DNA from: Eledone cirrhosa | Lineage: Eukaryota | NCBI GenBank assembly: GCA_964016885.1 | Contig: OZ024750.1 | Coordinates: 40,982,001-41,046,000, forward strand | Length of the DNA stretch: 64,000 nt | Direction: 5' to 3' | Shown here: positions 18,301-33,300 of the stretch, in pieces | Layout: the number at the start of each line of letters is the position of its first letter | Numbering within the stretch: the first letter of the stretch is position 1 | Notes under the pieces: model-generated | Databases searched by the model: none | Told to the model about the DNA's origin: nothing | What the model saw: the letters and a program-made list of their open reading frames with translations, nothing else | Translations under genes and position numbers: made by a program

Positions 18301-21300
18301 TTGTTAAGACTGGCAGAAGTGATAAGACCAAACCTCAAATTGCTAAGACTGGCAGAAGTGGTAAGACCTAACCTCAAATTGTTAAGACTGGCAGAGGTGG
18401 TAAGACCTAACCTCAAATTGCTAAGACTGACAGAAGTGGTAAGACCTAACCTCAAATTGCTAAGACTGGCAGAGGTGGTAAGACCTAACCTCAAATTGCT
18501 AAGACTGGCAGAGTTGGTAAGACCTAACCTCAAATTGCTAAGACCGGCAAAGGTGGTAAGACCTAACCTCAAATTGCTAAGACCGGCAAAGGTGGTAAGA
18601 CCTACCCTCAAATTGCTAAGACTGGCAGAAGTGGTAAGACCTAACCTCAAATTGTTAAGACTGGAAGAGGTGGTAAGACCAAACCTCAAATTGCTAAGAC
18701 TGGCAGAAGTGATAAGACGAAACCTCAAATTGCTAAGACTGGTAGAAGTGGTAAGACCTAACCTCAAATTGTTAAGACTGGCAGAAGTGGTAAGACCTAC
18801 CCTCAAATTGCTAAGACTGGCAGAAGTGGTAAGACCTAACCTCAAATTGCTAAGACTGGCAGAGGGGGTAAGACCTTACCTCAAATTGCTAAGACTGGCA
18901 GAAGAGGTAAGACCTAACCTCAAATTGCTAAGACTGGCAGAGGTGGTAAGACCTCACCTCAAATTGCTAAGACTGACAGAAGTGGAAAGACCTAACCTCA
19001 ACTTGCTAAGACTGGCAGAGGTGGTAAGACCTAACCTTAAATTGCTAAGACTGGCAGAAGTGGTAAGACCTAACCTCAAATTGCTAAGACTGGCAGAAGT
19101 GGTAAAACCTAACCTCAAATTGCTAAGACTGGCAGAAGTGGTAAGACCTAACCTCAAATTGCTATGACTGACAGAAGTGGTAAGACCTAACCTCAAATTG
19201 CTAAGACTGGCAGAGGTGGTAAGACCTAACCTCAAATTGCTAAGACTGGCAGAGGTGGTAAGACCTAACCTCAAATTGCTAAGACTGGCAGAGGTGGTAA
19301 GACCTAACCACAAATTGCTAAGACTGGCAGAGTTGGTAAGACCTAACCTCAAATTGCTAAGACCGGCAAAGGTGGTAAGACCTAACCTCAAATTGCTAAG
19401 ACCGGCAAAGGTGGTAAGACCTTACCTCAAATTACTAAGACTGGCAGAAGTGATAAGAGCTAACCTCAAATTGCTAAGACTGGCAGATGTGGTAAGACCT
19501 AACCTCAAATTGCTAAGACTGGCAGAGGAGGTAAGACCTAACCTCAAATTGCTAAGACTGGCAGAAGTGGTAAGACCTAACCTCAAATTGCTAAGACTGG
19601 CAGAAGTGATAAGAGCTAACCTCAAATTGCTAAGACTGGGAGAGGTGGTAAGACCAAACCTCAAGTTGCTAAGACTGGCAGAAATGGTAAGACCTAACCT
19701 CAAATTATTAAGACTGGCAGAAGTGGTAAGACCTAACCTCAAATTGCTAAGACTGGCAGAAGTGGTAAGACCTAACCTCAAATTGCTAAGACTGACAGAA
19801 GTGGTAAGACCTAACCTCAAATTGCTAAGACTGGCAGAGGTGGTAAGACCTAACCTCAAATTGCTAAGACTGGCAGAAGTGGTAAGACCTAACCTCAAAT
19901 TGCTAAGACTGGCAGAGGTGGTAAGACCTAACATCAAATTGCTAAGACTGACAGAAGTGGTAAGACCTAACCTCAAATTGCTAAGACTGGCAGAGGTGGT
20001 AAGACCTAACCTCAAATTGCTAAGACTGGCAGAGGTGGTAAGACCTAACCTCAAATTGCTAAGACTGGCAGAGTTGGTAAGACCTAACCTCAAATTGCTA
20101 AGACCGTCAAAGGTGGTAAGACCTAACCTCAAATTGCTAAGACTGGCAGAAGTGATAAGAGCTAACCTCAAATTGCTAAGACTGGCAGAGTTGGTAAGAC
20201 CTAATCTCAAATTGCTAAGACCGGCAAAGGTGGTAAGACCTAACCTCAAATTGCTAAGACCGGCAAAGGTGGTAAGACCTAACCTCAAATTGCTAAGACT
20301 GGCAGAAGTGATAAGAGCTAACCTCAAATTGCTAAGACTGGCAGCTGTGGTAAGACCTAACCTCAAATTGCTAAGACTGGCAGAGGAGGTAAGACCTAAC
20401 CTCAAATTGCTAAGACTGGCAGAGGTGGTAAGACCTAACCTCAAATTGCTAAGACCGGCAAAGGTGGTAAGACCTAACCTCAAATTGCTAAGACTGGCAG
20501 AAGTGGTAAGACCTAACCTCAAATTGCTAAGACTGGCAGAAGTGGTAAGACCTAACCTCAAATTGCTAAGACTGGCTGAAGTGGTAAAACCTAACCTCAA
20601 ATTGCTAAGACTGGCAGAGGAGGTAAGACCTAACCTCAAATTGCTAAGACTGGCAGAAGTGGTAAGACCTAACCTCAAATTGCTAAGACTGGCAGAAGTG
20701 GTAAGACCTAACCTCAAATTGCTAAGACTGGCAGAGGAGGTAAGACCTAACCTCAAATTGCTAAGACTGGCAGAAGTGGTAAGACCTAACCTCAAATTGC
20801 TAAGACTGGCAGAAGTGGTAAGACCTAACCTCAAATTGCTAAGACTGGCAGAGGTGGTAAGACCAAACCTCAAATTGCTAAGACTGGCAGAAGTGGTAAG
20901 ACCTAACCTCAAATTATTAAGACTGGCAGAAGTGGTAAGGCCTAACCTCAAATTGCTAAGACTGGCAGAGGTGGTAAGACCTAACCTCAAATTGCTAAGA
21001 CCGGCAAAGGTGGTAAGACCTAACCTCAAATTGCTAAGACCGGCAAAGGTGGTAAGACCTAACCTCAAATTACTAAGACTGGCAGAAGTGATAAGAGCTA
21101 ACCTCAAATTGCTAAGACTGGCAGATGTGGTAAGACCTAACCTCAAATTGCTAAGACTGGCAGAGGAGGTAAGACCTAACCTCAAATTGCTAAGACTGGC
21201 AGAAGTGGTAAGACCTAACCTCAAATTGCTAAGCCTGGCAGAAGTGATAAGAGCTAACCTCAAATTGCTAAGACTGGCAGATGTGGTAAGACCTAACCTC

Positions 21301-24300
21301 AAATTGTTAAGACTGGCAGAGGTGATAAGACCAAACCTCAAATTGCTAAGACTGGCAGAGGTGGTAAGACCTAACCTCAAATTATTAAGACTGGCAGAAG
21401 TGGTAAGACCTAACCTCAAATTGCTAAGACTGGCAGAAGTGGTAAGACCTAACCTCAAATTGTTAAGACTGGCAGAGGAGGTAAGACCTAACCTCAAATT
21501 ACTAAGACTGGCAGAAGTAATAAGAGCTAACCTCAAATTATTAAGACTGGCAGAAGTGGTAAGACCTAACCTCAAATTGCTAAGACTGGCAGAAGTGGTA
21601 GGACCTAACCTCAAATTGCTAAGACTGGCAGAAGTGGTAAGACCTAACCTCAAATTGCTAAGACTGGCAGAGGAGGTAAGACCTAACCTCAAATTGCTAA
21701 GACTGGCAGAAGTGGTAAACCTAACCTCAAATTGCTAAGACTGGCAGAAGTGGTAAGACCTAACCTCAAATTGTTAAGACCGGCAGAAGTGGTAAGACCT
21801 AACCTCAAATTGTTAAGACTGGCAGAGGTGGTAAGACCTAACCTCAAATTGCTAAGACTGACAGAAGTGGTAAGACCTAACCTCAAATTGCTAAGACTGG
21901 CAGAAGTGATAAGAGCTAACCTCAAATTGCTAAGACTGGCAGAGTTGGTAAGACCTAACCTCAAATTGCTAAGACCGGCAAAGGTGGTAAGACCTAACCT
22001 CAAATTGCTAAGACCGGCAAAGGTGGTAAGACCTAACCTCAAATTGCTAAGACTGACAGAAGTGGTAAGACCTAACCTCAAATTGTTAAGACTGGCAGAG
22101 GTGATAAGACCAAACCTCAAATTGCTAAGACTGGCAGAAGTGATAAGACGAAACCTCAAATTGCTAAGACTGGCAGAAGTGGTAAGACCTAACCTCAAAT
22201 TGTTAAGACTGGCAGAAGTGGTAAGACCTAACCTCAAATTGCTAAGACTGGCAGAGGTGGTAAGACCTAACCTCAAATTGCTAAGACTGGCAAAGGTGGT
22301 AAGACCTAACCTCAAATTGCTAAGACCGGCAAAGGTGGTAAGACCTAACCTCAAATTACTAAGACTGGCAGAAGTGATAAGAGCTAACCTCAAATTGCTA
22401 AGACTGGCAGATGTGGTAAGACCTAACCTCAAATTGCTAAGACTGGCAGAGGAGGTAAGACCTAACCTCAAATTGCTAAGACTGGCAGAAGTGGTAAGAC
22501 CTAACCTCAAATTGCTAAGCCTGGCAGAAGTGATAAGAGCTAACCTCAAATTGCTAAGACTGGCAGATGTGGTAAGACCTAACCTCAAATTGTTAAGACT
22601 GCCAGAGGTGATAAGACCAAACCTCAAATTGCTAAGACTGGCAGAGGTGGTAAGACCTAACCTCAAATTATTAAGACTGGCAGAAGTGGTAAGACCTAAC
22701 CTCAAATTGCTAAGACCGGCAAAGGTGGTAAGACCTAACCTCAAATTGCTAAGACCGGCAAAGGTGGTAAGACCTAACCTCAAATTGCTAAGACAGGCAG
22801 AAGTGGTAAGACCTAACCTCAAATTGTTAAGACTGGCAGAGGTGGTAAGACCAAACCTCAAATTGCTAAGACTGGCAGAAGTGATAAGACGAAACCTCAA
22901 ATTGCTAAGACTGGCAGAAGTGGTAAGACCTAACCTCAAATTGTTAAGACTGGCAGAAGTGGTAAGACCTAACCTCAAATTGTTAAGACTGGCAGAGGTG
23001 GTAAGACCAAACCTCAAATTGCTAAGACTGGCAGAAGTGATAAGACGAAACCTCAAATTGCTAAGACTGGCAGAAGTGGTAAGACCTAACCTCAAATTGC
23101 TAAGACTGGCAGAGGTGGTAAGACCTAACCTCAAATTGCTAAGACTGGCAAAGGTGGTAAGACCTAACCTCAAATTACTAAGACTGGCAGAAGTGATAAG
23201 AGCTAACCTCAAATTGCTAAGACTGGCAGATGTGGTAAGACCTAACCTCAAATTGCTAAGACTGGCAGAGGAGGTAAGACCTAACCTCAAATTGCTAAGA
23301 CTGGCAGAAGTGGTAAGACCTAACCTCAAATTGCTAAGCCTGGCAGAAGTGATAAGAGCTAACCTCTAATTGCTAAGACTGGCAGATGTGGTAAGACCTA
23401 ACCTCAAATTGTTAAGACTGGCAGAGGTGATAAGACCAAACCTCAAATTGCTAAGACTGGCAGAGGTGGTAAGACCTAACCTCAAATTATTAAGACTGGC
23501 AGAAGTGGTAAGACCTAACCTCAAATTGCTAAGACTGGCAGATGTGGTAAGACCTAACCTCAAATTATTAAGACTGACAGAAGTGGTAAGACCTAACCTC
23601 AAATTGCTAAGACTGGCAGAAGTGATAAGAGCTAACCTCAAATTGCTAAGACTGGCAGAGTTGGTAAGACCTAACCTCAAATTGCTAAGACCGGCAAAGG
23701 TGGTAAGACCTAACCTCAAATTGCTAAGACCGGCAAAGGTGGTAAGACCTAACCTCAAATTGTTAAGACTGGCAGAGGTGGTAAGACCAAACCTCAAATT
23801 GCTAAGACTGGCAGAAGTGATAAGACGAAACCTCAAATTGCTAAGAATGGCAGAAGTGGTAAGACCTAACCTCAAATTGTGAAGACTGGCAGAAGTGGTA
23901 AGACCTAACCTCAAATTGTTAAGACTGGCAGAGGTGGTAAGACCTAACCTCAAATTGCTAAGACTGGCAGAGGAGGTAAGACCTAACCTCAAATTGCTAA
24001 GACTGGCAGAAGTGGTAAGACCTAACCTCAAATTGCTAAGCCTGGCAGAAGTGATAAGAGCTAACCTCTAATTGCTAAGACTGGCAGATGTGGTAAGACC
24101 TAACCTCAAATTGTTAAGACTGGCAGAGGTGATAAGACCAAACCTCAAATTGCTAAGACTGGCAGAGGTGGTAAGACCTAACCTCAAATTATTAAGACTG
24201 GCAGAAGTGGTAAGACCTAACCTCAAATTGCTAAGACTGGCAGATGTGGTAAGACCTAACCTCAAATTATTAAGACTGACAGAAGTGGTAAGACCTAACC

Positions 24301-27300
24301 TCAAATTGCTAAGACTGGCAGAAGTGATAAGAGCTAACCTCAAATTGCTAAGACTGGCAGAGTTGGTAAGACCTAACCTCAAATTGCTAAGACCGGCAAA
24401 GGTGGTAAGACCTAACCTCAAATTGCTAAGACCGGCAAAGGTGGTAAGACCTAACCTCAAATTGTTAAGACTGGCAGAGGTGGTAAGACCAAACCTCAAA
24501 TTGCTAAGACTGGCAGAAGTGATAAGACGAAACCTCAAATTGCTAAGAATGGCAGAAGTGGTAAGACCTAACCTCAAATTGTGAAGACTGGCAGAAGTGG
24601 TAAGACCTAACCTCAAATTGTTAAGACTGGCAGAGGTGGTAAGACCAAACCTCAAATTGCTAAGACTGGCAGAAGTGGTAAGACCTAACCTCAAATTGCT
24701 AAGACTGGCAAAGGTGGTAAGACCTAACCTCAAATTGCTAAGACCGGCAGAAGTGATAAGAGCTAACCTCAAATTGCTAAGACTGGCAGATGTGGTAAGA
24801 CCTAACCTCAAATTGCTAAGACTGGCAGAGGAGGTAAGACCTAACCTCAAATTGCTAAGACTGGCAGAAGTGGTAAGACCTAACCTCAAATTGCTAAGCC
24901 TGGCAGAAGTGATAAGAGCTAACCTCAAATTGCTAAGACTGGCAGATGTGGTAAGACCTAACCTCAAATTGTTAAGACTGGCAGAGGTGATAAGACCAAA
25001 CCTCAAATTGCTAAGACTGGCAGAAGTGGTAAGACCTAACCTCAAATTGCTAAGACTGGCAGAAGTGGTAAGACCTAACCTCAAATTGTTAAGACTGGCA
25101 GAGGAGGTAAGACCTAACCTCAAATTACTAAGACTGGCAGAAGTAATAAGAGCTAACCTCAAATTATTAAGACTGGCAGAAGTGGTAAGACCTAACCTCA
25201 AATTGCTAAGACTGGCAGAAGTGGTAAACCTAACCTCAAATTGCTAAGACTGGCAGAAGTGGTAAGACCTAACCTCAAATTGCTAAGACTGGCAGAAGTG
25301 GTAAGACCTAACCTCAAATTGCTAAGACTGGCAGAGGAGGTAAGACCTAACCTCAAATTGCTAAGACTGGCAGAAGTGGTAAACCTAACCTCAAATTGCT
25401 AAGACTGGCAGAAGTGGTAAGACCTAACCTCAAATTGTTAAGACCGGCAGAAGTGGTAAGACCTAACCTCAAATTGTTAAGACTGGCAGAGGTGGTAAGA
25501 CCTAACCTCAAATTGCTAAGACTGACAGAAGTGGTAAGACCTAACCTCAAATTGCTAAGACTGGCAGAAGTGATAAGAGCTAACCTCAAATTGCTAAGAC
25601 TGGCAGAGTTGGTAAGACCTAACCTCAAATTGCTAAGACCGGCAAAGGTGGTAAGACCTAACCTCAAATTGCTAAGACCGGCAAAGGTGGTAAGACCTAA
25701 CCTCAAATTGCTAAGACTGACAGAAGTGGTAAGACCTAACCTCAAATTGTTAAGACTGGCAGAGGTGGTAAGACCAAACCTCAAATTGCTAAGACTGGCA
25801 GAAGTGATAAGACGAAACCTCAAATTGCTAAGACTGGCAGAAGTGGTAAGACCTAACCTCAAATTGTTAAGACTGGCAGAAGTGGTAAGACCTAACCTCA
25901 AATTGCTAAGACTGGCAGAGGTGGTAAGACCTAACCTCAAATTGCTAAGACTGGCAAAGGTGGTAAGACCTAACCTCAAATTGCTAAGACCGGCAAAGGT
26001 GGTAAGACCTAACCTCAAATTACTAAGACTGGCAGAAGTGATAAGAGCTAACCTCAAATTGCTAAGACTGGCAGATGTGGTAAGACCTAACCTCAAATTG
26101 CTAAGACTGGCAGAGGAGGTAAGACCTAACCTCAAATTGCTAAGACTGGCAGAAGTGGTAAGACCTAACCTCAAATTGCTAAGCCTGGCAGAAGTGATAA
26201 GAGCTAACCTCAAATTGCTAAGACTGGCAGATGTGGTAAGACCTAACCTCAAATTGTTAAGACTGGCAGAGGTGATAAGACCAAACCTCAAATTGCTAAG
26301 ACTGGCAGAGGTGGTAAGACCTAACCTCAAATTATTAAGACTGGCAGAAGTGGTAAGACCTAACCTCAAATTGCTAAGACCGGCAAAGGTGGTAAGACCT
26401 AACCTCAAATTGCTAAGACCGGCAAAGGTGGTAAAACCTAACCTCAAATTGCTAAGACTGGCAGAAGTGGTAAGACCTAACCTCAAATTGTTAAGACTGG
26501 CAGAGGTGGTAAGACCAAACCTCAAATTGCTAAGACTGGCAGAAGTGATAAGACGAAACCTCAAATTGCTAAGACTGGCAGAAGTGGTAAGACCTAACCT
26601 CAAATTGTTAAGACTGGCAGAAGTGGTAAGACCTAACCTCAAATTGTTAAGACTGGCAGAGGTGGTAAGACCAAACCTCAAATTGCTAAGACTGGCAGAA
26701 GTGATAAGACGAAACCTCAAATTGCTAAGACTGGCAGAAGTGGTAAGACCTAACCTCAAATTGCTAAGACTGGCAGAGGTGGTAAGACCTAACCTCAAAT
26801 TGCTAAGACTGGCAAAGGTGGTAAGACCTAACCTCAAATTACTAAGACTGGCAGAAGTGATAAGAGCTAACCTCAAATTGCTAAGACTGGCAGATGTGGT
26901 AAGACCTAACCTCAAATTGCTAAGACTGGCAGAGGAGGTAAGACCTAACCTCAAATTGCTAAGACTGGCAGAAGTGGTAAGACCTAACCTCAAATTGCTA
27001 AGCCTGGCAGAAGTGATAAGAGCTAACCTCAAATTGCTAAGACTGGCAGATGTGGTAAGACCTAACCTCAAATTGTTAAGACTGGCAGAGGTGATAAGAC
27101 CAAACCTCAAATTGCTAAGACTGGCAGAGGTGGTAAGACCTAACCTCAAATTATTAAGACTGGCAGAAGTGGTAAGACCTAACCTCAAATTGCTAAGACT
27201 GGCAGAAGTGGTAAGACCTAACCTCAAATTATTAAGACTGACAGAAGTGGTAAGACCTAACCTCAAATTGCTAAGACTGGCAGAAGTGATAAGAGCTAAC

Positions 27301-30300
27301 CTCAAATTGCTAAGACTGGCAGAGTTGGTAAGACCTAACCTCAAATTGCTAAGACCGGCAAAGGTGGTAAGACCTAACCTCAAATTGCTAAGACCGGCAA
27401 AGGTGGTAAGACCTAACCTCAAATTGCTAAGACTGGCAGAAGTGGTAAGACCTAACCTCAAATTGTTAAGACTGGCAGAGGTGGTAAGACCAAACCTCAA
27501 ATTGCTAAGACTGGCAGAAGTGATAAGACGAAACCTCAAATTGCTAAGACTGGCAGAAATGGTAAGACCTAACCTCAAATTGTGAAGACTGGCAGAAGTG
27601 GTAAGACCTAACCTCAAATTGTTAAGACTGGCAGAGGTGGTAAGACCAAACCTCAAATTGATAAGACTGGCAGAAGTGGTAAGACCTAACCTCAAATTGC
27701 TAAGACTGGCAAAGGTGGTAAGACCTAACCTCAAATTGCTAAGACCGGCAGAAGTGATAAGAGCTAACCTCAAATTGCTAAGACTGGCAGATGTGGTAAG
27801 ACCTAACCTCAAATTGCTAAGACTGGCAGAGGAGGTAAGACCTAACCTCAAATTGCTAAGACTGGCAGAAGTGGTAAGACCTAACCTCAAATTGCTAAGC
27901 CTGGCAGAAGTGATAAGAGCTAACCTCAAATTGCTAAGACTGGCAGATGTGGTAAGACCTAACCTCAAATTGTTAAGACTGGCAGAGGTGATAAGACCAA
28001 ACCTCAAATTGCTAAGACTGGCAGAGGTGGTAAGACCTAACCTCAAATTGTTAAGACTGGCAGAGGAGGTAAGACCTAACCTCAAATTACTAAGACTGGC
28101 AGAAGTAATAAGAGCTAACCTCAAATTATTAAGACTGGCAGAAGTGGTAAGACCTAACCTCAAATTGCTAAGACTGGCAGAAGTGGTAAACCTAACCTCA
28201 AATTGCTAAGACTGGCAGAAGTGGTAAGACCTAACCTCAAATTGCTAAGACTGGCAGAGGTGGTAAGACCTAACCTCAAATTGCTAAGACTGGCAGAGGT
28301 GGTAAGACCTAACCTCAAATTGCTAAGACTGGCAGAGGTGGTAAGACCTAACCTCAAATTGTTAAGACCGGCAGAAGTGATAAGACCAAACCTCAAATTG
28401 CTAAGACTGGCAGAAGTGGTAAGACCTAACCTCAAATTGCTAAGACTGGCAGAGGAGGTAAGACCTAACCTCAAATTGCTAAGACTGGCAGAAGTGGTAA
28501 GACCTAACCTCAAATTGCTAAGACTGGCAGAAGTGATAAGTCCTAACCTCAAATTGCTAAGATTGGCAGAGGAGGTAAGACCTAACCTCAAATTGCTAAG
28601 ACTGGCAGAAGTGGTAAGACCTAACCTCAAATTGCTAAGACTGGCAGAAGTGGTAAGACCTAACCTCAAATTGCTAAGACTGGCAGAAGTGATAAGAGCT
28701 AACCTCAAATTGCTAAGACTGGCAGATGTGGTAAGACCTAACCTCAAATTGTTAAGACTGGCAGAAGTGATAAGACCAAACCTCAAATTGCTAAGACTGG
28801 CAGAGGTGGTAAGACCAAACCTCAAATTGCTAAGACTGGCAGAAGTGGTAAGACCTAACCTCAAATTATTAAGACTGGCAGCTGTGGTAAGACCTAACCT
28901 CAAATTGCTAAGACTGGCAGAGGTGGTAAGACCTAACCTCAAATTGCTAAGACCGGCAAAGGTGGTAAGACCTAACCTCAAATTGCTAAGACCGGCAAAG
29001 GTGGTAAGACCTAACCTCAAATTACTAAGACTGGCAGAAGTGATAAGAGCTAACCTCAAATTGCTAAGACTGGCAGATGTGGTAAGACCTAACCTCAAAT
29101 TGCTAAGACTGGCAGAGGAGGTAAGACCTAACCTCAAATTGCTAAGACTGGCAGAAGTGGTAAGACCTAACCTCAAATTGCTAAGCCTGGCAGAAGTGAT
29201 AAGAGCTAACCTCAAATTGCTAAGACTGGCAGATGTGGTAAGACCTAACCTCAAATTGTTAAGACTGGCAGAGGTGATAAGACCAAACCTCAAATTGCTA
29301 AGACTGGCAGAGGTGGTAAGACCTAACCTCAAATTATTAAGACTGGCAGAAGTGGTAAGACCTAACCTCAAATTGCTAAGACTGGCAGAAGTGGTAAGAC
29401 CTAACCTCAAATTGTTAAGACTGGCAGAGGAGGTAAGACCGAACCTCAAATTACTAAGACTGGCAGAAGTAATAAGAGCTAACCTCAAATTATTAAGACT
29501 GGCAGAAGTGGTAAGACCTAACCTCAAATTGCTAAGACTGGCAGAAGTGGTAAGACCTAACCTCAAATTGCTAAGACTGGCAGACGTGGTAAGACCTAAC
29601 CTCAAATTGCTAAGACTGGCAGAGGAGGTAAGACCTAACCTCAAATTGCTAAGTCTGGCAGAAGTGGTAAACCTAACCTCAAATTGCTAAGACTGGCAGA
29701 AGTTGTAAGACCTAACCTCAAATTGCTAAGACTGGCAGAGGTGGTAAGACCTAACCTCAAATTGCTAAGACTGGCAGAGGTGGTAAGACCTAACCTCAAA
29801 TTGCTAAGACTGGCAGAGGTGGTAAGACCTAACCTCAAATTGTTAAGACCGGCAGAGTGATAAGACCAAACCTCAAATTGCTAAGACTGGCAGAAGTGGT
29901 AAGACCTAACCTCAAATTGTTAAGACTGGCAGAGGTGGTAAGACCTAACCTCAAATTGCTAAGACTGACAGAACTGGTAAGACCTAACCTCAAATTGCGA
30001 AGACTGGCAGAAGTGATAAGAGCTAACCTCAAATTGCTAAGACTGGCAGAGTTGGTAAGACCTAACCTCAAATTGCTAAGACCGGCAAAGGTGGTAAGAC
30101 CTAACCTCAAATTGCTAAGACCGGCAAAGGTGGTAAGACCTAACCTCAAATTGCTAAGACTGGCAGAAGTGGTAAGACCTAACCTCAAATTGTTAAGACT
30201 GGCAGAGGTGGTAAGACCAAACCTCAAATTGCTAAGACTGGCAGAAGTGATAAGAGGAAACCTCAAATTGCTAAGACTGGCAGAAGTGGTAAGACCTAAC

Positions 30301-33300
30301 CTCAAATTGTTAAGACAGGCAGAAGTGGTAAGACCTAACCTCAAATTGTGAAGACTGGCAGAGGTGGTAACACGAAACCTCAAATTGCTAAGACTGGCAG
30401 AAGTGGTAAGACCTAACCTCAAATTGCTAAGACTGGCAGAGGTGGTAAGACCTAACCTCAAATTGCTAAGACTGGCAAAGGTGGTAAGACCTAACCTCAA
30501 ATTGCTAAGACCGGCAAAGGTGGTAAGACCTAACCTCAAATTACTAAGACTGGCAGAAGTGATAAGAGCTAACCTCAAATTGCTAAGACTGGCAGATGTG
30601 GTAAGACCTAACCTCAAATTGCTAAGACTGGCAGAGGAGGTAAAACCTAACATCAAATTGCTAAGACTGGCAGAAGTGGTAAGACCTAACCTCAAATTGC
30701 TAAGCATGGCAAAAGTGATAAGAGCTAACCTCAAATTGCTAAGACTGGCAGATGTGGTAAGACCTAACCTCAAATTGTTAAGACTGGCAGAAGTGGTAAG
30801 ACCTAACCTCAAATTATTAAGACTGGCAGAAGTGGTAAGACCTAACCTCAAATTGCTAAGACCGGCAAAGGTGGTAAGACCTAACCTCAAATTGCTAAGA
30901 CCGGCAAAGGTGGTAAGACCTAACCTCAAATTGCTAAGACTGGCAGAAGTGGTAAGACCTAACCTCAAATTGTTAAGACTGGCAGAGGTGGTAAGACCAA
31001 ACCTCAAATTGCTAAGACTGGCAGAAGTGATAAGACGAAACCTCAAATTGCTAAGACTGGCAGAAGTGGTAAGACCTAACCTCAAATTGTTAAGACTGGC
31101 AGAAGTGGTAAGACCTAACCTCAAATTGTTAAGACTGGCAGAGGTGGTAAGACCTAACCTCAAATTGCTAAGACCGGCAAAGGTGGTAAGACCTAACCTC
31201 AAATTGCTAAGACCGGCAAAGGTGGTAAGACCTAACCTCAAATTGCTAAGACTGGCAGAAGTGGTAAGACCTAACCTCAAATTGTTAAGACTGGCAGAGG
31301 TGGTAAGACCAAACCTCAAATTGCTAAGACTGGCAGAAGTGATAAGACGAAACCTCAAATTGCTAAGACTGGCAGAAGTGGTAAGACCTAACCTCAAATT
31401 GTTAAGACTGGCAGAAGTGGTAAGACCTAACCTCAAATTGTTAAGACTGGCAGAGGTGGTAAGACCAAACCTCAAATTGCTAAGACTGGCAGAAGTGATA
31501 AGACGAAACCTCAAATTGCTAAGACTGGCAGAAGTGGTAAGACCTAACCTCAAATTGCTAAGACTGGCAGAGGTGGTAAGACCTAACCTCAAATTGCTAA
31601 GACTGGCAAAGGTGGTAAGACCTAACCTCAAATTACTAAGACTGGCAGAAGTGATAAGAGCTAACCTCAAATTGCTAAGACTGGCAGATGTGGTAAGACC
31701 TAACCTCAAATTGCTAAGACTGGCAGAGGAGGTAAGACCTAACCTCAAATTGCTAAGACTGGCAGAAGTGGTAAGACCTAACCTCAAATTGCTAAGCCTG
31801 GCAGAAGTGATAAGAGCTAACCTCAAATTGCTAAGACTGGCAGATGTGGTAAGACCTAACCTCAAATTGTTAAGACTGGCAGAGGTGATAAGACCAAACC
31901 TCAAATTGCTAAGACTGGCAGAGGTGGTAAGACCTAACCTCAAATTATTAAGACAGGCAGAAGTGGTAAGACCTAACCTCAAATTGCTAAGACTGGCAGA
32001 AGTGGTAAGACCTAACCTCAAATTATTAAGACTGACAGAAGTGGTAAGACCTAACCTCAAATTGCTAAGACTGGCAGAAGTGATAAGAGCTAACCTCAAA
32101 TTGCTAAGACTGGCAGAAGTGGTAAGACCTAACCTCAAATTGCTAAGACTGGCAGAAGTGGTAAGACCTAACCTCAAATTGTTAAGACTGGCAGAGGTGG
32201 TAAGACCAAACCTCAAATTGCTAAGACTGGCAGAAGTGATAAGACGAAACCTCAAATTGCTAAGACTGGCAGAAGTGGTAAGACCTAACCTCAAATTGTT
32301 AAGACTGGCAGAAGTGGTAAGACCTAACCTCAAATTGTTAAGACTGGCAGAGGTGGTAAGACCAAACCTCAAATTGCTAAGACTGGCAGAAGTGGTAAGA
32401 CCTAACCTCAAATTGCTAAGACTGGCAGAGGTGGTAAGACCTAACCTCAAATTGCTAAGACTGGCAAAGGTGGTAAGACCTAACCTCAAATTGCTAAGAC
32501 CGGCAAAGGTGGTAAGACCTAACCGCAAATTACTAAAACTGGCAGAAGTGATAAGAGCTAACCTCAAATTGCTAAGACTGGCAGATGTGGTAAGACCTAA
32601 CCTCAAATTGCTAAGACTGGCAGAAGTGGTAAGACCTAACCTCAAATTGCTAAGCCTGGCAGAAGTGATAAGAGCTAACCTCAAATTGCTAAGACTGGCA
32701 GATGTGGTAAGACCTAACCTCAAATTGTTAAGACTGGCAGAGGTGATAAGACCAAACCTCAAATTGCTAAGACTGGCAGAGGTGGTAAGACCTAACCTCA
32801 AATTATTAAGACTGGCAGAAGTGGTAAGACCTAACCTCAAATTGCTAAGACTGGCAGAAGTGGTAAGACCTAACCTCAAATTGTTAAGACTGGCAGAGGA
32901 GGTAAGACCTAACCTCAAATTACTAAGACTGGCAGAAGTAATAAGAGCTAACCTCAAATTATTAAGACTGGCAGAAGTGGTAAGACCTAACCTCAAATTG
33001 CTAAGACTGGCAGAAGTGGTAAGACCTAACCTCAAATTGCTAAGACTGGCAGAAGTGGTAAGACCTAACCTCAAATTGCTAAGACTGGCAGAGGAGGTAA
33101 GACCTAACCTCAAATTGCTAAGACTGGCAGAAGTGGTAAACCTAACCTCAAATTGCTAAGACTGGCAGAAGTGGTAAGACCTAACCTCAAATTGCTAAGA
33201 CTGGCAGAGGTGGTAAGACCTAACCTCAAATTGCTAAGACTGGCAGAGGTGGTAAGACCTAACCTCAAATTGCTAAGACTGGCAGAGGTGGTAAGACCTA

